This document shows, piece by piece, positions 62,240 through 64,000 of a stretch of DNA of 64,000 nt. The notes beneath the pieces were generated by a model. The model saw only the letters and a program-made list of their open reading frames with translations, was not told the DNA's origin and did not search any database. Each line of letters begins with the position of its first letter. The stretch's first letter is position 1. Source of the stretch: Bacillota bacterium (lineage in GTDB: Bacteria > Bacillota > Clostridia > Acetivibrionales > JAMNYG01); the NCBI GenBank assembly GCA_023622945.1, contig JAMNYG010000056.1, positions 284 to 64,283 of the forward strand, read 5' to 3'. The translations under genes and the position numbers were made by a program.

Positions 62240-64000
62240 AAAAAGATCGTCATCTTGGTCGTCGTTGCTGTTGTCGTTATTCCTGCCGTTACCGCTGCCG
62301 TTGTTCCTGTTGTTACCATCGCCGTTGTTTCTGCCGTTGCCGTTGGCACCGCCGTCGCTGCTTCCGTTGTTACTGCCGCTACCGTTTCCGTTACTGGTAT
62401 TAGGTATGGTACCGTTTTGGTTATTTGGACCTGTACCCGTATCCGGGCCGGTATCTATTGATGAAGAAGGTTCCCTGTCTGAAGGGTCTTCCAATCCCGG
62501 CAACGGAATCGCAGGTGCGCCATGTATATTGCAATATTCACCTGCAGGAATCTCATACTTATAGTCCACGGGATAGGGATCCTTAGGATTCTGCGGCATG
62601 TATGGCTCAGGACGCTGTATGAACACTCTTTCTTCAACCAGCTCTTCAGGACAATATGGTCCGGCAAGCAGGTTTCTGCCGTGTATGTCTCTGCTTTCCA
62701 CGCATACCCTTTCCTTTACATGTACGTCACATTCTTCAGTAGGCTCGGTACCTCTGATGAAGTATTCCTTTCTGATCCTGTTTTTCCGTGGATCCTGTGA
62801 ACAAAGCTCAGTAGGGATTTTACCCGAGTCAATGCATATGGTTTTTTCCACAACATTGGGCGGCTTATCGATAATGTCTACAGGCTCAAGATCCTCATGT
62901 ATCTTGTTCATGACCGCATGCCATATCCTCAAAGCAGGGTTATAGCCACCCTTGACTTCAACGGTTATGTTTTTTTCATATCCAAACCATACCGCAGCGG
63001 AATAGTAATGGGTATATCCTACAAACCATCTGTCATAATCTTCATTGGTGGTTCCTGTCTTTCCGGCAGTAGGTATGAGATCACCGTTTTTGTTTTTTAC
63101 CTGGCCAAGTATACCTTCACCGTCTTCAGGGCCATAGTAATAAGCTGTACCACCGGGTCTGCAAACGTCCTTCATCATGTCTGTCATTATAAATGCCGTA
63201 GCTTCATCGTAAGCTATATTCATTTCCGGCTTGTTTTCAAGTATTATGTTTCCGTCCCTGTCTTCCACCCTTGTATATGTTATGGGCTTAAAATATATCC
63301 CGTTTTGCACAAACGGCACGTAAGCCGCAGCCATCTGCAGCGGGCTTAAACCATGGCGAAGCCCTCCCAGGGAAAGGGAAAGATTTCCGTCTTCCTTCTT
63401 GTCCAGGTTTATCCCAACCCTCCTGAGGTAGGCAAGGGACTGATCCGGTCCCAGGTTATACATCCATACCTTGGCTGCCACGACATTTATGGATCTCATT
63501 ATGGCATATCGGACGGTGGTTAAGCCGTTATACACCCCGTCGTAGTTTTTGGGGTACATCTTGCCTTTCTGGTTTATGGGATCCATATAAACAGGCACGT
63601 CATCGATGGGAGTACCGGCTGTTATAAGCCTGAGATCTATTGCAGGAGCATAGTCGGCAATAGGCTTTATACTTGATCCCGTAGGTCTTCTCATCTGCGT
63701 CGCATGGTTAAAGGTAAGTGCGCCTTTCTTTTCTCCATAGCCTCCCCTAAGTCCCCTTACTTCTCCTGTCTGGGCATCGACAACGGCTACAGCAGCCAAT
63801 GGATGGGGGAGATTCTTCTTATCGTTTATTGCAAAATATTTCTCATCCATGAAAACTTCTTCCAGGGCCTGCTGGACTTTTGAATCCTGTGTTGTGTATA
63901 CCCTGTAACCGTGGTTGGTGAGAGCAAACCTTGCTTCTCTTTCTGACATATTGTATTTTTCCTGAAGGTCCCTGACCACATCAAGAAATACCTGGTCAAC
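62210..64000 (-). CDS. Class A penicillin-binding protein (PBP1A-type), C-terminal ~596 aa; the N-terminus lies beyond the window end
   Basis: The frame is open to nt 64000. Transpeptidase SxxK (GSSIKP) and KTG (GKTGTT) motifs are present. The linker ...GYRVYTTQDSKVQQALEE... is typical of bifunctional PBPs. The ~95-aa C-terminal tail is low complexity and rich in N, G and D. Confidence 0.9.
   Translation of the reverse strand, partial: VDQVFLDVVRDLQEKYNMSEREARFALTNHGYRVYTTQDSKVQQALEEVFMDEKYFAINDKKNLPHPLAAVAVVDAQTGEVRGLRGGYGEKKGALTFNHATQMRRPTGSSIKPIADYAPAIDLRLITAGTPIDDVPVYMDPINQKGKMYPKNYDGVYNGLTTVRYAIMRSINVVAAKVWMYNLGPDQSLAYLRRVGINLDKKEDGNLSLSLGGLRHGLSPLQMAAAYVPFVQNGIYFKPITYTRVEDRDGNIILENKPEMNIAYDEATAFIMTDMMKDVCRPGGTAYYYGPEDGEGILGQVKNKNGDLIPTAGKTGTTNEDYDRWFVGYTHYYSAAVWFGYEKNITVEVKGGYNPALRIWHAVMNKIHEDLEPVDIIDKPPNVVEKTICIDSGKIPTELCSQDPRKNRIRKEYFIRGTEPTEECDVHVKERVCVESRDIHGRNLLAGPYCPEELVEERVFIQRPEPYMPQNPKDPYPVDYKYEIPAGEYCNIHGAPAIPLPGLEDPSDREPSSSIDTGPDTGTGPNNQNGTIPNTSNGNGSGSNNGSSDGGANGNGRNNGDGNNRNNGSGNGRNNDNSNDDQDDDLFDFDLGFFEE

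Noticed and set aside
62204-62564. Plus-strand ORFs (85 and 99 aa) rich in V, A, L and P opposite the PBP1A tail
   Set aside because: They are mirror images of the repetitive N/G/D-coding DNA on the minus strand, a compositional artefact, and have no start context.

Overview
This 64-kb window looks like core chromosome from a spore-forming, moderately AT-rich Firmicute of the class Clostridia. The evidence is spoIIR, SLH-domain wall proteins, GGAGG-type ribosome-binding sites and Firmicute gene order; the taxon is inferred, because no database search was possible. I can support about 52 protein-coding genes, 46 on the + strand and 6 on the - strand. In order they are: murI (3' part), DUF1934, argS (disrupted), a three-gene SLH-protein/S41-protease operon, a TPR protein, pyrG, spoIIR, mgtC, a P-type Ca2+-ATPase, a GldA/F/G-like ABC system plus DUF4340, a YkvI-like permease, cvpA, ilvD and ilvB. 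Then comes the classic block rpmG-secE-nusG-rplKAJL-rpoBC-L7Ae-rpsLG-fusA-tuf. After that: a flavodiiron protein, a MoxR/DUF58/DUF4129 module, a LOG-family protein, a URO-D-like protein and proBA. The window ends with a minus-strand cell-wall cluster: class A PBP, M1-like peptidase, FemAB-family transferase, divergent alanine-racemase-family enzyme, class B PBP. I found no rRNA, tRNA, CRISPR array, transposase, integrase or obvious defence island, so most of the window is ordinary housekeeping DNA. Four things stand out. (1) argS is split by an internal deletion and frameshift at a GGATTTA microhomology. (2) Many intergenic spacers are made of degenerate tandem copies ('echoes'). These often begin inside the last codons of the upstream gene, and each locus has its own unit. 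(3) A short hairpin element recurs in the ilvD-ilvB and proB-proA spacers, with half-copies elsewhere. (4) The FemAB / racemase / M1-peptidase trio sits between two PBP genes. All functional calls rest on recognising motifs in the supplied translations and on gene order, not on any search.
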